64,000 bases of DNA from positions 7,192,001 to 7,256,000 of the forward strand of contig OZ024764.1 of assembly GCA_964016885.1 (NCBI GenBank). The letters are read 5' to 3'. This DNA is from Eledone cirrhosa. Its lineage: Eukaryota. A model generated the notes under the pieces. It saw nothing but the letters and a program-made list of their open reading frames with translations, ran no database searches and had not been told where the DNA came from. Positions 36,414 through 49,619 of this stretch are shown here, piece after piece. Every line of letters begins with the position of its first letter. The stretch's first letter is position 1. The position numbers were made by a program, and so were the translations under genes.

Positions 36414-36419
<6 letters not shown>
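36062..36419. ncRNA. Near-perfect palindrome with 173-bp arms carrying two inverted hammerhead motifs
   Basis: Arms 36062-36234 / 36247-36419 with a 12-nt loop; plus tttgt-CTGATGA(36318)-...catatt.gtt.aatatg...-GAAA(36356)-TATATA-TA-atgaa, mirrored on minus. Confidence 0.7.
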
Positions 36420-36450
<31 letters not shown>

Positions 36451-36526
36451 CATATGTAAGAGCTTTATAAAGATATGTTTTAAAGGCTTGCAACTCTTTC
36501 ATTATTCATTTTACCTATACATACAT

Positions 36527-36612
<86 letters not shown>

Positions 36613-36619
36613 TATTCAA

Positions 36620-36881
36620 AATGTTAACAAATGAAAAATATTCGCATAATCAAAATATATACTATATTATATATATTGTTGTTTTTTCAGTATGTCCTCA
36701 TCAGACAAAATATATGATTATGACATAGCGCTACCGTCTTGATTCTTCAATTCCAGTATTGGCAGTGACTGCAATACTGGAATTGAATAATCAAGACCGT
36801 AGAGGTATGTCATATACCTTTGAAATGTATATAATAAAGTATATATTTTGATTATGAGAATATTTTTCATTTGTTAATATT
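36620..36881. repeat. Imperfect fold-back with partial hammerhead core (minus ttttgtCTGATGA)
   Basis: Inverted arms centred at about 36765, next to (TA)n. Confidence 0.75.
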
Positions 36882-37588
36882 AAAAAGTCCAGGAAAACTT
36901 TCACTGTTGAGTGCTTCTAATCTATTGTAAAACTGTATTCGTTGAGTAATCAACGAACCATATTAATCTTTGGTTATATATATATAATTATAGTTTCTAC
37001 TTTTGGCACAAGGCCAGCGATTACCCCAGTGCACCACTGGTACTTTATTTTATCGACCTCGTAAAGATGAAAGGCAAAGTTAACCTCGGCGGACTTGAAC
37101 TCATATATATATATAAATATATGCGTATATATATGTGTATATATATATGTATATATATATGTGTCAGTGTGTATATATCATCATCATTTAAAGTCCATCT
37201 TCCATGCTAGCATGGGTTGGACGGTTTTGTCCCACTTAAGGCGAGATTGGTCAGCAGGCCGTGTCTCGCTTGTATATATGTATATATATGTGTATATATA
37301 TATGTATATATGTGTATATATTTGTGTGTGTATACATATATATATAGGGGTATATGTGTGTGTGTGTGTGTATAAAGGGAGAGGTAGAGGAAGGAGCAGA
37401 TTAAACAATGGTTAGACAGTATGTTAAGGTAACACTTACATCAATTTCTTCTTTATATTTGTGAAGCGTATCCTGTAATGAGAAAAATATAGTTAAATAT
37501 ATAAATAGATACACACACATACATATATATATATTACATTATTTATTTCTGTTCATACACAGAACAAAAGGGACTTAGGGTTTCAAGG

Positions 37589-37753
37589 CCTCTGGTGATG
37601 TCCAGCAGAAGCAAGGGGGACAACCGTCTATGCATTTCATACTTAACTGGCCAGCAGTCACAAGCAGTGGGCGGGACTGTCCTGACGATGGTCAGTTAAG
37701 CCTGAAATGCATAGACGGTTGTCCCCCTTGCTTCTGCTGGACATCACCAGAGG
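37589..37753 (+). ncRNA. Fold-back containing a type-I hammerhead motif (37677-37718)
   Basis: ctgtc-CTGACGA-...-GAAA-TGCA-TA-gacgg with palindromic stem III ATGCAT. Confidence 0.65.
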
Positions 37754-37881
37754 ACGTTAGCGTCCCAGGGTTTGCAGAGCTAAGGCTTCCTAAAACCGTA
37801 TTTCTTTGGAGATACGAAATATTTATACATATTGTATAAAGATATGCTTGAAGCGAAATCCTTTTTCTTTTATATATATAT

Positions 37882-39731
37882 ATCATCATCATTAACTGCT
37901 ACAAGGGTAAAGGAGATGCCCTAGATAGGGGAAACTATAGAGGCATTAAATTAATTGACCAGTTCATGAGCGTCACAGAAAAAGTAATAGCGCAACTAAT
38001 CAGAGAGAGAATTGATCTAGATGAAATGCAGTTTGGGTTTGTGTCAGGTAAAAGTATCACAGACGCTCTTTTCATTGTATGACAACTACAGGAGAAGTAC
38101 CTAGCTAAAAGTAAACCCCTTTACTTAGCTTTTTTTGACTTGGAGAATGCCTTTAACAGAGTCCCACGCCCCATTATCTGGTGGGCTCTCAGAAAACTAG
38201 GTGTTGATGAATGGCTTGTGAGAGCTATACAAGCCATGTATAAAGAAACAGTCAGCAAGGTTAGAATTAACAACGAATATAGTGAAGAGTTTAGCGTAAA
38301 AGTTGGTGTTCATCAGCGCTTTGTCCTTAGCCCCGTCCTATTTATTATTGCCCTTCAGGCTATAACAGAGGAGTTCAAGACCGGCTGCCCATGGGAACTC
38401 CTATACGCATATGATCTAACGCTTATAGCTGAATCAATGGCTGAACTAGAGAAGAAATTTGAAACATGGAAGCATGGCCTAGTATCAAAAGGCCTTAAAA
38501 TTAACCTGTCTAAGACTAAAGTTCTAGTATGTAGGAGGGAAAATAGGGCACTGGTCCCATCTGGGAAATGGCCATGCTCAGGAAAGGAGTAGGCAGAAAC
38601 TCCCTTTTATGTCCCAAATGCAAAGTGTGGGTGCATAAAACATGTAGTGGGATCACAGGTAAGCTAACTCAGAATATAGATTTTATATGTGGCCGGTGCT
38701 CAGATGCAATAAGTTGCAGCAAGTGCCCACAAAATACTAGCTCATTCCATTGCACAGATGGTTCTATAGAAATAGTGGACACGTTCCGTTACCTGGGTGA
38801 CAAAATCAGCAGTGGTGGAGGGTGCTCTGAAAGTACAGTAGCTAGAGTCAGAACTGGAATGAAAAAGTTCAGAGAGCTTATAGCACTATTGGCCGCTAAA
38901 GGGTTCTCTCTAAAAATGAAAGGCAGGCTGTATGATGCCTGCATACGAACAGCAATGTTACATGGCAGTGAGACCTGGGCATTGTGTGCAGAGGATCTAC
39001 GCAGACTGGAGAGGAACGAAGTTTGCATGCTCCGCTGGATGTGTAATAGTAATATACGTGAACGGCAAAGCATAAATGAACTAAGTGAGAAATTAGGAAT
39101 AAGAGGGATCAGATGCTGTTTACTCGAGAGAAGACTATGTTGGTATGGTCACGTGATGCGCATGAAAGACGACAGTTGTATAAATAGTGCAGGGCGATCA
39201 AAATAGATGGTAGCCACAGAGTAGGCAGACTCAGAAAACCCTGGGACGAATTGATAAATTCCGATCTCACACACTTACACCTCTCCAAGACAATGTCACT
39301 GGACCGAGATCTTTGGCGCTACGCAGTAATACAGAAGACCTGCCTTGCCTAAGTGCAAAGCGAAACCTACACTCAGTAGGCACCTCTTACCAAAATACAC
39401 CCCCGTCCAACTACCCCCACCCCATCCACACCACCCCTCTCGATGTAAAGTTATGTTGGTACCACAACATCCAGCCCGAAATAATGAGGTCGTGTAGGTG
39501 TCACGACAAAAAAAAAACACGGTCCAGGCTGTAATGTGGCCGTGTAGGTAACACAGTAAAAACCTCCCAGACCCACACTGTAAATGTGGTTGGTGTTAGG
39601 AAGGGCATCCAGCCGTAGAAAACCTGCCAGACAGTCCTATACGAGCAAGATAACCAATCTTGCCTCAAGTGGGAAAATTCGCATCCAAACCCATGCTAGC
39701 GTAGAAGATGAACATTAAACGATGATGATGA
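37882..39731 (+). mobile_element. RTE LINE (subfamily C), 5'-truncated, absent from the paralogous site at about 57310
   Basis: RT motifs, PHD finger, 3' UTR and (ATG)n tail, flanked by (TA)n. Confidence 0.93.
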
Positions 39732-39764
39732 TATATATATATATATATACATATGCACATAAAA

Positions 39765-40130
39765 TGTTTTGGCAGATCATCCACCGACTTCGTAATATGA
39801 AGCCCTCCTCCACACCTGCTATCAAGTATGAATCTGGGGTACTCCTGTGTTCAGAGAGGTGCATCCTCACAAGGTGGGAGAATATGCTGCTGACCTCCTA
39901 AACCCGATCACAACAGCATCTTTGGATGTAGATGAGGTGTATCTGGGAGTGGTGACTAATCTCTCAGAGGCTGAGGTCACGAGAACAGTTAAAGTGCTCA
40001 AATGTAGTAAAACTGCTGGGGAAGATGAAATCTGGCTTCAGATGTTAAAAGCCTTAAATAAAGAAGGTATTCTCTGACTGACTTGTGTGTGCCAGTTACC
40101 TTGATCTCTGGAAAGGCACTTAAGAAATGG
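39765..40130 (+). mobile_element. Degenerate internal RTE-clade fragment (paralog 57350-57650)
   Basis: EAEV..VKVLKCSKTAGEDEI..MLKAL. Confidence 0.75.
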
Positions 40131-40199
40131 CAATGTGTTGGCTGGGTTGTCCCATTGTGGGAGATCAGGTCAGAGGACCATGTTTCACTCACATGTAAC

Positions 40200-41098
40200 T
40201 GACTTTAGCTTGGTTTTTATGGTTGCAAGTCCTTTCTAATGCCAACCACATTTACACAGTGAGCTGGGTGCTTTTTGTAGGGACACCTACATGAACACTG
40301 TACAGTGTGGACTGGACATCTTTGTCATGGCTGCAGTGGGACCACTTTATGGTGAGGGTTGAGAACTTGTGTGGGGTGTTGGTGGTGGATTGTGGATGTA
40401 GTTATAGGGGTGGGATGATAACATCAATTAAGGTGTTTGGGAGGGATGATGGTGGGGAAGGTGTTACATACTAGATATATGCCTCAGCTCGTGGATTTAT
40501 GAGGGCAGGTCCTCTATAATTGTGTATAGCGCCAGAGGTCACCATCCTGTGTCATTGCCTTAGCTAGGTGTAATTGTACAAAGTCAGCTTTCCTTACCTC
40601 ATCCTAAGTCTTCCTAGACCTGCCCACTACACGGCTTCTGTAAACTTTGTGCGTTATGCACCTTTTTATATTGATGTCACCCTTCATACACATCACATGT
40701 CTGTACCAAAACAATCCCTCTCCTGCACACTGCATCTAATCCCTCTTATGCCTAATTTCTCTCCCAGTACATTTATGTTTTGCCATTTACATATATTGCC
40801 ATTTGCATATATCACTGAGCAGGACAGTTTACCTGAAGAGATCTGGGCCCAGCTTTCCTTTCTACTTACTAGAACTTTAGTCTTTACCAAATTGACTTTA
40901 AGACCTTTTGATTTTGATCTATACTCTTTTCTTCCAGGTTGTCTCCTAAGGTATGTTGGGAGGTGCATTCTTCACTAGGGAGGGACTTTGTGTTTATAAC
41001 AGTCACTCTGTCTTCTGGTAACAATGAAATCTATCTGGCTGGTGGGCTCACTTGATCTATAGGTTATTAAGTGGTTGTCTCATTTTTTGAAGTTTGTT
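40200..41098 (-). mobile_element. Degraded RTE (subfamily D); paralogs at 45950-47330, 52440-53300, 57650-57995
   Basis: GLKVNLVKTKV, RGVGRSRKTW. Confidence 0.8.
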
Positions 41099-41099
41099 T

Positions 41100-41735
41100 C
41101 AGACTGGAGAGGAACGAAGCATGAATACGCCGCTGGATGTGTAATAGTAATATACGTGAACGGCAAAGCATAAATGAACTAAGTGAGAAATTAGGAATAA
41201 GAGGGATCAGATGCTGTTTACTCGAGAGAAGACTACGTTGGTATGGTCACGCGATGCGCATGTAAGACGACAGCTGTATCAAAAAGTGCAGGGTGATCAA
41301 AATTGACGGAAGTTACGGAGTAGGCAGACCCAGAAAAACCTGGGACGATTTGATAAATTCCGACCTTACACACTTACACCTCTCTAAGACAATGTCACTG
41401 GACCGAGCTCTTTGGCGCTACGCAGTAATACAGAAGACCCGCCTTGCCTAAGTACAAAACGAAACCTACAGTCAGTAGGCACCTCTTAACCAAATATACG
41501 CCCCCATCCCACTACCCCTACCCCCACCCCCATCTCTGTAAAGTTATGTTGGTGACACAACATACAGTTCTAAATAAATGAGGTTGTGTAGGTGTCATGA
41601 CAATAAAACACAGTCCACGCTGTAAATTGGCCGTGTAGTTAACATGGTAAAAACCTCCCAGTCCCCACACTGTAAACGTGGTTGGTGTTAGGAAGGGCAT
41701 CCAGCCATAGAAAACATGCCAGATAGTCCTATACG
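41100..41735 (+). mobile_element. RTE subfamily C 3' fragment
   Basis: High similarity to 39003-39645. Confidence 0.85.
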
Positions 41736-43318
41736 ACACCCAAAAAATAAGGCAGTTTCAGGGGAAATAGTTAAAAAAATTTAGTGGCGCACTAAAGATT
41801 AAGACACTTCTTCTAAAACACTACAGTCACAAGTGGGTTTTAACTCACCGAGTAAACCAGCGTAGCCTAACCTTAACAAACCTATGGTAACCTACTTATA
41901 GTAATCTACCCTATGGTAACCAGCCCTATGGTATGGTAACATACCCTATGGCAACCTATCCCATGGTAACCTACTCTATGGCAACCAACCCTATAGTAAC
42001 CTAACCCATGGTAAGCCACCCTATGGTAACCTACACTATGGTAACCTATGTTATAGTAACCTACCCTATGGTAACCTATGTTATAGTAACCTACCCGATG
42101 GTAACCTATGTTATAGTAAGCTACCCTACAGTAACCTACTTTATGGTAACCTACCCTATGGTAACTTACCCTACAGTAACCTACCCTACAGTAACCTACC
42201 CTATGGTAACACCCTATAGTAACCTACCCTATGGTAACAACCTATAGTAACCTACCCTATGGTGACCTAATCTACAGTAACCTACCCTATGGTAACAACC
42301 TATAGTAACCTACCCTATGGTGACCTAATCTACAGTAACCTATCCTATGGTAACCAACCATATGGTAACAACCTATAGTAACCTACCCTATGGTAGCCTA
42401 ATTTAAGGTAATCTACACTATGGTAACCTACCCTACCGTAACCTACCCTATGGTAACCTATCCTACAGTAACCTACCCTATGGTAACCTACCCTACAGTA
42501 ACCTACCGTATGGTAACCTACCATATGATAATATAGCCTATGGTAACCTACCCCATGGTAACCTACCCTATAGTAACCTACCCTGAGGTAACCTACCCTA
42601 TGGTAACCTACCCTATGGTAACCTACCCTATAGTAATCTACCCTATGGTAACCTACCCTATAATAACCTGCCTTATGGTAACCTACCCTATAATAACCTA
42701 CTCTATAGTAACCTACCCTATGGTAACCTACCCTATAGTTTACCTACGCTATGGTAACATACCCTATAGTAACCTAACCTACAGTAACCTACCCTATGGT
42801 AACCTACCCTACAGTAACCTACCCTACAGTAACCTACCCTATGGTAACCTACCCTACAGTAACCTACCCTATGGTAACCTACCAGACAGTATCCTACCCT
42901 ACAGTATCCTACCCTACAGTAACCTACCCTATGGTAACCTACCCTACAGTAACCTACCCTACAGTAACCTACCCTATGGTAACCTACCCTATAGTAACCT
43001 ACCCTACAGTAACCTGCCCTATGGTAACCTACGCTACAGTAACCTACCCAACAGTAACCTACCCTATAAGCTACAGCAAGACATTGATATTACTATAATC
43101 TCTACGTTAAACTTAACAAATATGAGATTCAGTAGAAATAAATGTGGTGGGTTGTTAGAGTTATGGTAAGTGGTGTACAACAAGTGTTAGGCAGGCAGTT
43201 TCACTGTTTACCCCTCAGTGGTAAAGGTAACATACTATATTCAGCAGACAAGTCGACCCCTGGTTTTGGAGAGATATTTTTAGGCTCCAAATGTCAACTT
43301 GTACACTGGCATATATGA
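41736..43318. mobile_element. 5'-truncated Tc/pogo-type MITE containing a 15-bp (GTAACCTACCCTAYR)n array at about 41880-43070
   Basis: Right TIR aacttgtacactggcatatatga; paralog of 47727-49616. Confidence 0.75.
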
Positions 43319-43321
43319 TAT

Positions 43322-45060
43322 ATCATCTTCATCACTGTTTTACGTCCATTCTTCCACGCTAGCATGGGTTAGACGGGTTGTCCTGTTGTGGGCAGTGTCT
43401 GTTCAGCTGACCTTGTCTTGCTCATACGGGAACTGATTCTGGCTTCATTCCTACAGCTGGATGCCCTTCCTAACACCAACCTCATTTACAGTGAGTCCTG
43501 GGTGCTTTTTGTCTGTGGCGCCTATATGTCCACTTTACAGTCGGAGAGGGTGGGAGCATACGCTTCAGCTTCCGCGTGTAGCCCTGGGGAGTCGGGTCTT
43601 CTGTATTACTGCTTGATGCCAGAGGTGACGGTCCTGTGTCATCGCCTTTGAGAGGTGCAACTGGGTAAGGTCGGCTTTTATCACCTCATCCCAGCTCTTC
43701 TTGGGTCTCCCCACTCTACGGCTTCCATCGACTTCTACTGCTCTACACCTTTTTATACAGCTGTCATCCTTCATACGCATCACATGTCCAATGCAACCTC
43801 CTCTCCTGCACACAGCATCTCATTCCTCTTATGCTCAGTCACTCTCTCAATTCATTTATGCTTTGACGTTCGCGTATATTACTATTACACATCCATCGGA
43901 GCATGCAGGCTTCGTTTCTTTCTAATCTATGCAAGTCTTCCACAGACAGTGCCCAGGTTTCACTACTATGTAACATTGCTATTCGTATACCCACATCATA
44001 CAGTCTGCTTTTCATTTTGAGTAGAAAACCTTTTGCAGCCAGCCTACTCCTTTCCTACATACTGAGCAAGTATAGTTGCACCAAAGATTCGGCTATAAGT
44101 GTGAGATGATCCACATATAGGAGTTCCCATGGGCATCCGGTCATAATCACCTCCATTATTGCTTGCAATACTTTAACGAACAGGAGTGGGCTAAGAACAG
44201 AGCCCTGGTGGACACCGACCTCTAAACTAAATTCCCCGCTATAGTCAGCTGGCAACCCCAATTGGGGTGCGTAAGCTGATATTATTGTGGCAATTGTTTT
44301 ATTCAGGACTAGTCCAAGTTTCATTATTCTTGCATTCACCCTGTTCACTGAGATTACCTTATCTACCCATTTGTCAGCTAATAGGATAGCTACACCTCCC
44401 ATCCTGTTGTCATTTGCTACCCAGACAAATTGGTAGCACTGACTTCTGCCTGCAAGGACTCCAGCGGACTCTGCTCTCCATCTAGTCTCTTGCACACAGC
44501 ATACATCAATTTTCTTTCGCTCTAGCATCTCTACAATTTCTCCTGCTCTTCCTTTCATTGTGCTTACATTGATGGTTCCAACTCGGAGTTTTGGGCATTT
44601 GCCACCACTCGTGGGAAAGGGTGAATTTTTGCAGTGGGGTGTGTATGCTTCCTGTCTCTGAATTAAAGCTTTGCATGGGTGCTTGGTAACTCGCGGATTC
44701 ATATTCATTTATTAATTTGGGGTAGCCCCATTTATCCTCAGCCCATAGCTAGAAGGACAATAGTAGTAATAATGTCAGGGTTTGTTGGGGCTGGTAAGGG
44801 CTAGAAGAAAAGTAGAAGTAGTAGTAATGGCAGAGTTTGTTGGGGTTGGTAATGGGTGAGGGACATGTTTCTGAGGTTTGATTGGTCGAATAGACTATGG
44901 TGGTATGAGGGGGTGGGCAGGAGAGAAATTGTGAGATAGGTAGCCATCATGGTTTATAACATCCCAGGAGATTTGGGGGAAATAATCAGGTACAAGAACG
45001 CATATTAGACAAGGCGAATATGGGAGGACTTTGAAGATGTTCATCTAACTTCATAAACCT
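43322..45060 (-). mobile_element. Internally deleted RTE retaining its 5' end (EN N-terminus fused to an RT fragment)
   Basis: LRVGTINV..CCVQETRW..AYAPQ joined in frame to GVHQGSVLSPLLF; duplicate at 49620-51360. Confidence 0.88.
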
Positions 45061-45214
45061 TGAACAGAGAGAGACATAATAGCCAACATAAATAGAGAGA
45101 GAGAGTCATTATAGCCAACATAGAGAGGGAGAGAGAGAGTCATAATAGCCAACATAGCTCTCTATGTTGGAGAGAGTGTCATAATAGCCAACGTGGTTTA
45201 TAAGAGACAGAGTC

Positions 45215-45251
<37 letters not shown>

Positions 45252-45256
<5 letters not shown>

Positions 45257-45357
45257 AAATGAAAATCCGAAGGAAGGTAAGATTTCCAATCATTTTAATC
45301 ACGACGTGATTAAAATGATTGGAAATTTTACCTTGCCTTCGGATTTTCATTTTGATA
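45252..45357. repeat. Fold-back palindrome next to (TA)n (duplicate at 51600-51705)
   Basis: tatcaaaatgaaaatccgaagg...ccttcggattttcattttgata. Confidence 0.9.
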
Positions 45358-47374
45358 CAAATACTCCGTTTTACATCATCTAGCTGTTCCCTTGAATGGA
45401 ATTGGAGATATACAAAAGCGTGGAGAACTTAATATTGCTAACAAAAATTTATTGGACCGTTTTACACAACCAATAATACACCTTAGTATATATAAATATA
45501 TATATATATAAAGAGAGAGAGAGACGGGAAGGAACAGATAGAATAATGGTTAGATAGTGTGTAAAACTAAAACTTACCCCTCACTGTTTCCTCTAGCGGA
45601 ATTCTGCAGTGGATCAGTCCTGTGATTACAAAAAATATAGTTAAATATACAAATAGATACACACACACATACATATATATATATATATTACATTATTTAT
45701 TTATGTTCAGGCGGTGGATTGGCAATATCGGTAGAGGGTCGGACGCCATGCTTTGAAGCATAGTTACCTCCCTGTATGATCTGAGTTCAAATCCCGCCAA
45801 GGTTAACTTTGCCTTTCATCCTTACGGGGTCGATAAAATAAAGTACCAGTAATGCACTGGATAATTGCTGGCCTTGTGCCAAAAGTAGAAACAATTATTT
45901 ATGTTCATACACAGAACAAAAGGGACTCAAGGTTTTAAGGCCCAATATTGATTTTTGGCAGGACACCTACAAGACCACTGTACAGTGTGGACTGGACACG
46001 TTTGTCATGGCTGCAGCGGGACCACTTTATGGTGAGGTTTGGGAACTTGTGTGGGGTGTTGGTAGGGAAAATGTCTGGTGGATTGTGGATGTAGTTATAG
46101 GGGTGAAGGTGTTTGGGAGGGATGATTGTGGATGTAGTTATAGGGGTGAAGGTGTTTGGGAAGGTGTTACATACTAGATATATGCCTCAGCTCGTGGATT
46201 TATGAGGGCAGGTCCTCTATAATTGTGCATAGCGCCAGAGGTCACCCTCCTGTGTCATTGCCTTAGCTAGGTGTAATTGTGCAAAATCAGCTTTCCTTAC
46301 CTCATCCCAAGTCTTCCTAGACCTGCCCACTCCACGGTTTCTGTCAACTTTGTGCGTTTGGCACCTTTTTATACAGCTGTCACCCTTCATACACATCACA
46401 TATCTATACCAAAACAATCCCTCTCCCGCACACTGCATCTAATCCCTCTTATGCCTAATTTCTCTCACAGTACATTTATGTTTTGCCATTTGCATATATT
46501 ACTATGACACATCCATTGAAGCATGGAGGCTTCATTTCTTTCCAATCTTTACAGATCTTCTACACTCAGTGCCCAGGTCTCGCTGCTGTGCAACATTGTT
46601 GTTTGTATACCTGCGTCACACAGTCTGCCCTTCATTTTGATGGAAAAATGTTTTGTAGTTAGCAGTAGTAGTAGATCCCTGCACTTTCTCCAATCTAATC
46701 TCACTCTGCTTACTGAGTTTTTGGACCACCCTACTCCACTGCTGATTTGGTCACCCAGGTAACAGAAACTATCTACCACCTCTACAGAGACTTCTGGGTA
46801 TTTGAAGGAGATTGTAACCTGAGAGTTGTTGTTATTTACTGCTCCTGTTCATTGGCCACATATAGAAGCTACGTTCTTTGTTAGCCTCCCTGAGATCCCA
46901 CAACATCTTTTGTGTACCTATCATTTCTATATGGGACATAGGATGGGAATTTCTACCTACTCCTTTTCTGCACACTGAGCAGGACAGTTTACCTGAAGAG
47001 ATCTGGGCCGAGTTTTCCTTTCTACTTACTAGAACTTTAGTCTTTACCAAATTGACTTTAAGACCTTTTGATTTTGATCTCTTCTCTTTTCTTCCAGGTT
47101 GTCTTCTAAGGTATTTTGGGAGGTGCATTCTTCACTAGGGAGGGACATTGTGTTCATAACAGTCACCCTGTCTTCTGGTAACAATGAAATCTATCTATCT
47201 GGAGGGCTCACTTGATCTATCGGTTATTAAGTGGTTGTCTTGTTTTTTGAAGTTTGTGTTACAGATAAATAAGACATTTCCGTGAAGGAATTCTAAAGTA
47301 AATTCTCCAGTCAGACCTTCTGTTATTGTTTTAATGTATCTCTCTCACTCCCTCTCTTTCTCTCTATCTCTCTT

Positions 47375-47708
47375 TCATCATTTCATTTTACGTCCACTTT
47401 TCCCTGCTTGCAAGGGTGGGACGGGAACTGATTCTGGCTTGATTTCTACAGCTGTATGCCCTTCCTGTCACCAACCTCATTTACAGTGAGTGCTGGGTGC
47501 TTTTTTTGCCGTGGCACCTCCACGACCACTTTGCAGTGGAATGATAGGGATCCCAGTCCCTATCATCTCATTTCTACAGTTGAGTAAACTGGAGCAATGT
47601 GAAATAAAGTGTCTTGCTCAAGGAACCAACACATCACCCGGTCTGAGAATTGAACTCACAACCTTTCGATTGCATGACCAATGCTCTAACCACTAAGCCA
47701 TGTGCCTC
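47375..47708 (-). mobile_element. SINE family 1
   Basis: Near-identical to 6724-7072. Confidence 0.9.
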
Positions 47709-47726
47709 TATGCATATATATATATA

Positions 47727-49616
47727 CCATATATGCCGGTGTACAAGTCTATCCGGTACATAGGTCGGCCCCTAAAATTCTGAAGTATAATTTAGATTTA
47801 GGACGCTATTCGATTGATAAGATGACCCCAAAAAATAAGGGAGTTTCAGGGGAAATAGTTAAAAAATTTAGTGGTGCACGAAAGATTGAGACACTTCTTC
47901 TAAAACACTACAGTCACAAGTGAGTTTTAACTCACCGAGTAGACCAGCTTAACCTTAACAAACCTATGGTAACCTACTTTATGGTATGGTAACCTACCCT
48001 GAGGTAACCTAGCTTATGTTAACCTACCCTGTGGTAACCTACTTCATGGGAACCTACCCTATGGTAACTTACCCCATAGTAACCTACCCTATGGTTACCT
48101 ATCCTAAGGTAACCTACCCTATTGTAACCTATATTATAATAACCTACTTTATGGTACCCTACCCTATGGTAACCCACCATACAGTAACCTACCTTATGGT
48201 AACAACCTATAGTAACCTACCCATTGCTAACCTAACCTACAGTAACCTACCATATGGTAACCTATCCTGTGGTAACCTACCATATGGTAACCTATCCTGT
48301 GGTAACTTACCCTATGGTAACCTAATCTAAGGTATCCTACACTATGGTAACCTATGTTATAGTAACCTACACTATGGTAACCAACCATATCATAAACTAC
48401 CCTATGGTAACCCACCCTATAGTAACCTTGCCTATGGTAACAAACTACCCTATGGTAACCTATCTTATAGTAAACTACCCTAAGGTAACCTACTCTATGG
48501 TAACCTGCCTTATGATAACCTATCCTATGATACCCTACCCTATAGTAACCTACCCTACGGTAACCTACCTTATGGTAACCTACCTTATAGTAACCTACTC
48601 TACGATAACCTACCCTATAGCAACCTACCCTACAGTAACCTACCATATGGTAACAACCTATAGGAACTTACCCTATGGTAACCAATCCTATGCTAACATA
48701 CCCTATGTTAACCTACCCTACAATAAACTAACCTACGGTAAACTACCCTATGGTAACCTAACTTATGGTAACCTACCCTACAGTAACCTACCCTATAGTA
48801 ACCTACCCTACAGTAACCTACCTTATGGTAACCTACCCTACAGTAACCTGACTATGGTAACCTACCCTATGGTAACCTACCCTATAGTAACTTACCATAA
48901 GGTAACCTACACTATGGTAACCTACCCTACAGTTACCTACCCTATAATAACATACCCTATGGTCACCTACTCTGTGGTAACCTACCCTATGGTAACCTAC
49001 ACTACAGTAACCTACCCTATGGTAACCTAGCCTAGAGTAATCTACCCTACAGTAACCTATCCTATGGTAACCTACCCTACAGTAACCTACCCTACAGTAA
49101 CCTACCCTATAGTAACCTACCCTACAGTAACCTACCCTATGGTAACCTACCAGACAGTATCCTACCCTACAGTAACCTACACTACAGTAACCTACCCTAT
49201 GGTAACCTAGCCTAGAGTAATCTACCCTACAGTAACCTATCCTATGGTAACCTACCCTACAGTAACCTACCCTATAGTAACCTACCCTACAGTAACCTAC
49301 CCTATGGTAACCTACCCTACAGTAACCTACCCAACAGTAACCTACCCTATGGTATCCTACCCTATAAGCTACAGCAAGACATTGATATTACTATAATCTC
49401 TACGTTAAACTTAACAAATATGAGATTCAGTAGAAATAAATGTGGTGGGTTGCTAGAGTTATGGTAAGTGGTGTACAACAAGTGTTAGGCAGGCAGTTTC
49501 ACTGTTTACCCCTCAGTGGTAAAGGTAACATACTATATTCAGCAGACAAGTCGACCCCTGGTTTTGGAGAGATATTTTTAGGCTCCAAATGTCAACTTGT
49601 ACACTGGCATATATGA
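47727..49616. mobile_element. Tc/pogo-type MITE with internal 15-bp minisatellite at about 47960-49367
   Basis: TA|ccatatatgccggtgtacaagt ... acttgtacactggcatatatga|TA. Confidence 0.8.
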
Positions 49617-49619
49617 TAT

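Noticed and set aside
44055-44708. 217-aa EN-RT fusion ORF conserved in two copies
   Set aside because: Internal-deletion derivative lacking the EN GDFN/SDH motifs and an intact YADD; identity is explained by the recent duplication
42008-49030. (MVTYP)n / (YSNLP)n repeat-protein ORFs
   Set aside because: 15-bp array inside a TIR element, interrupted by stops and indels
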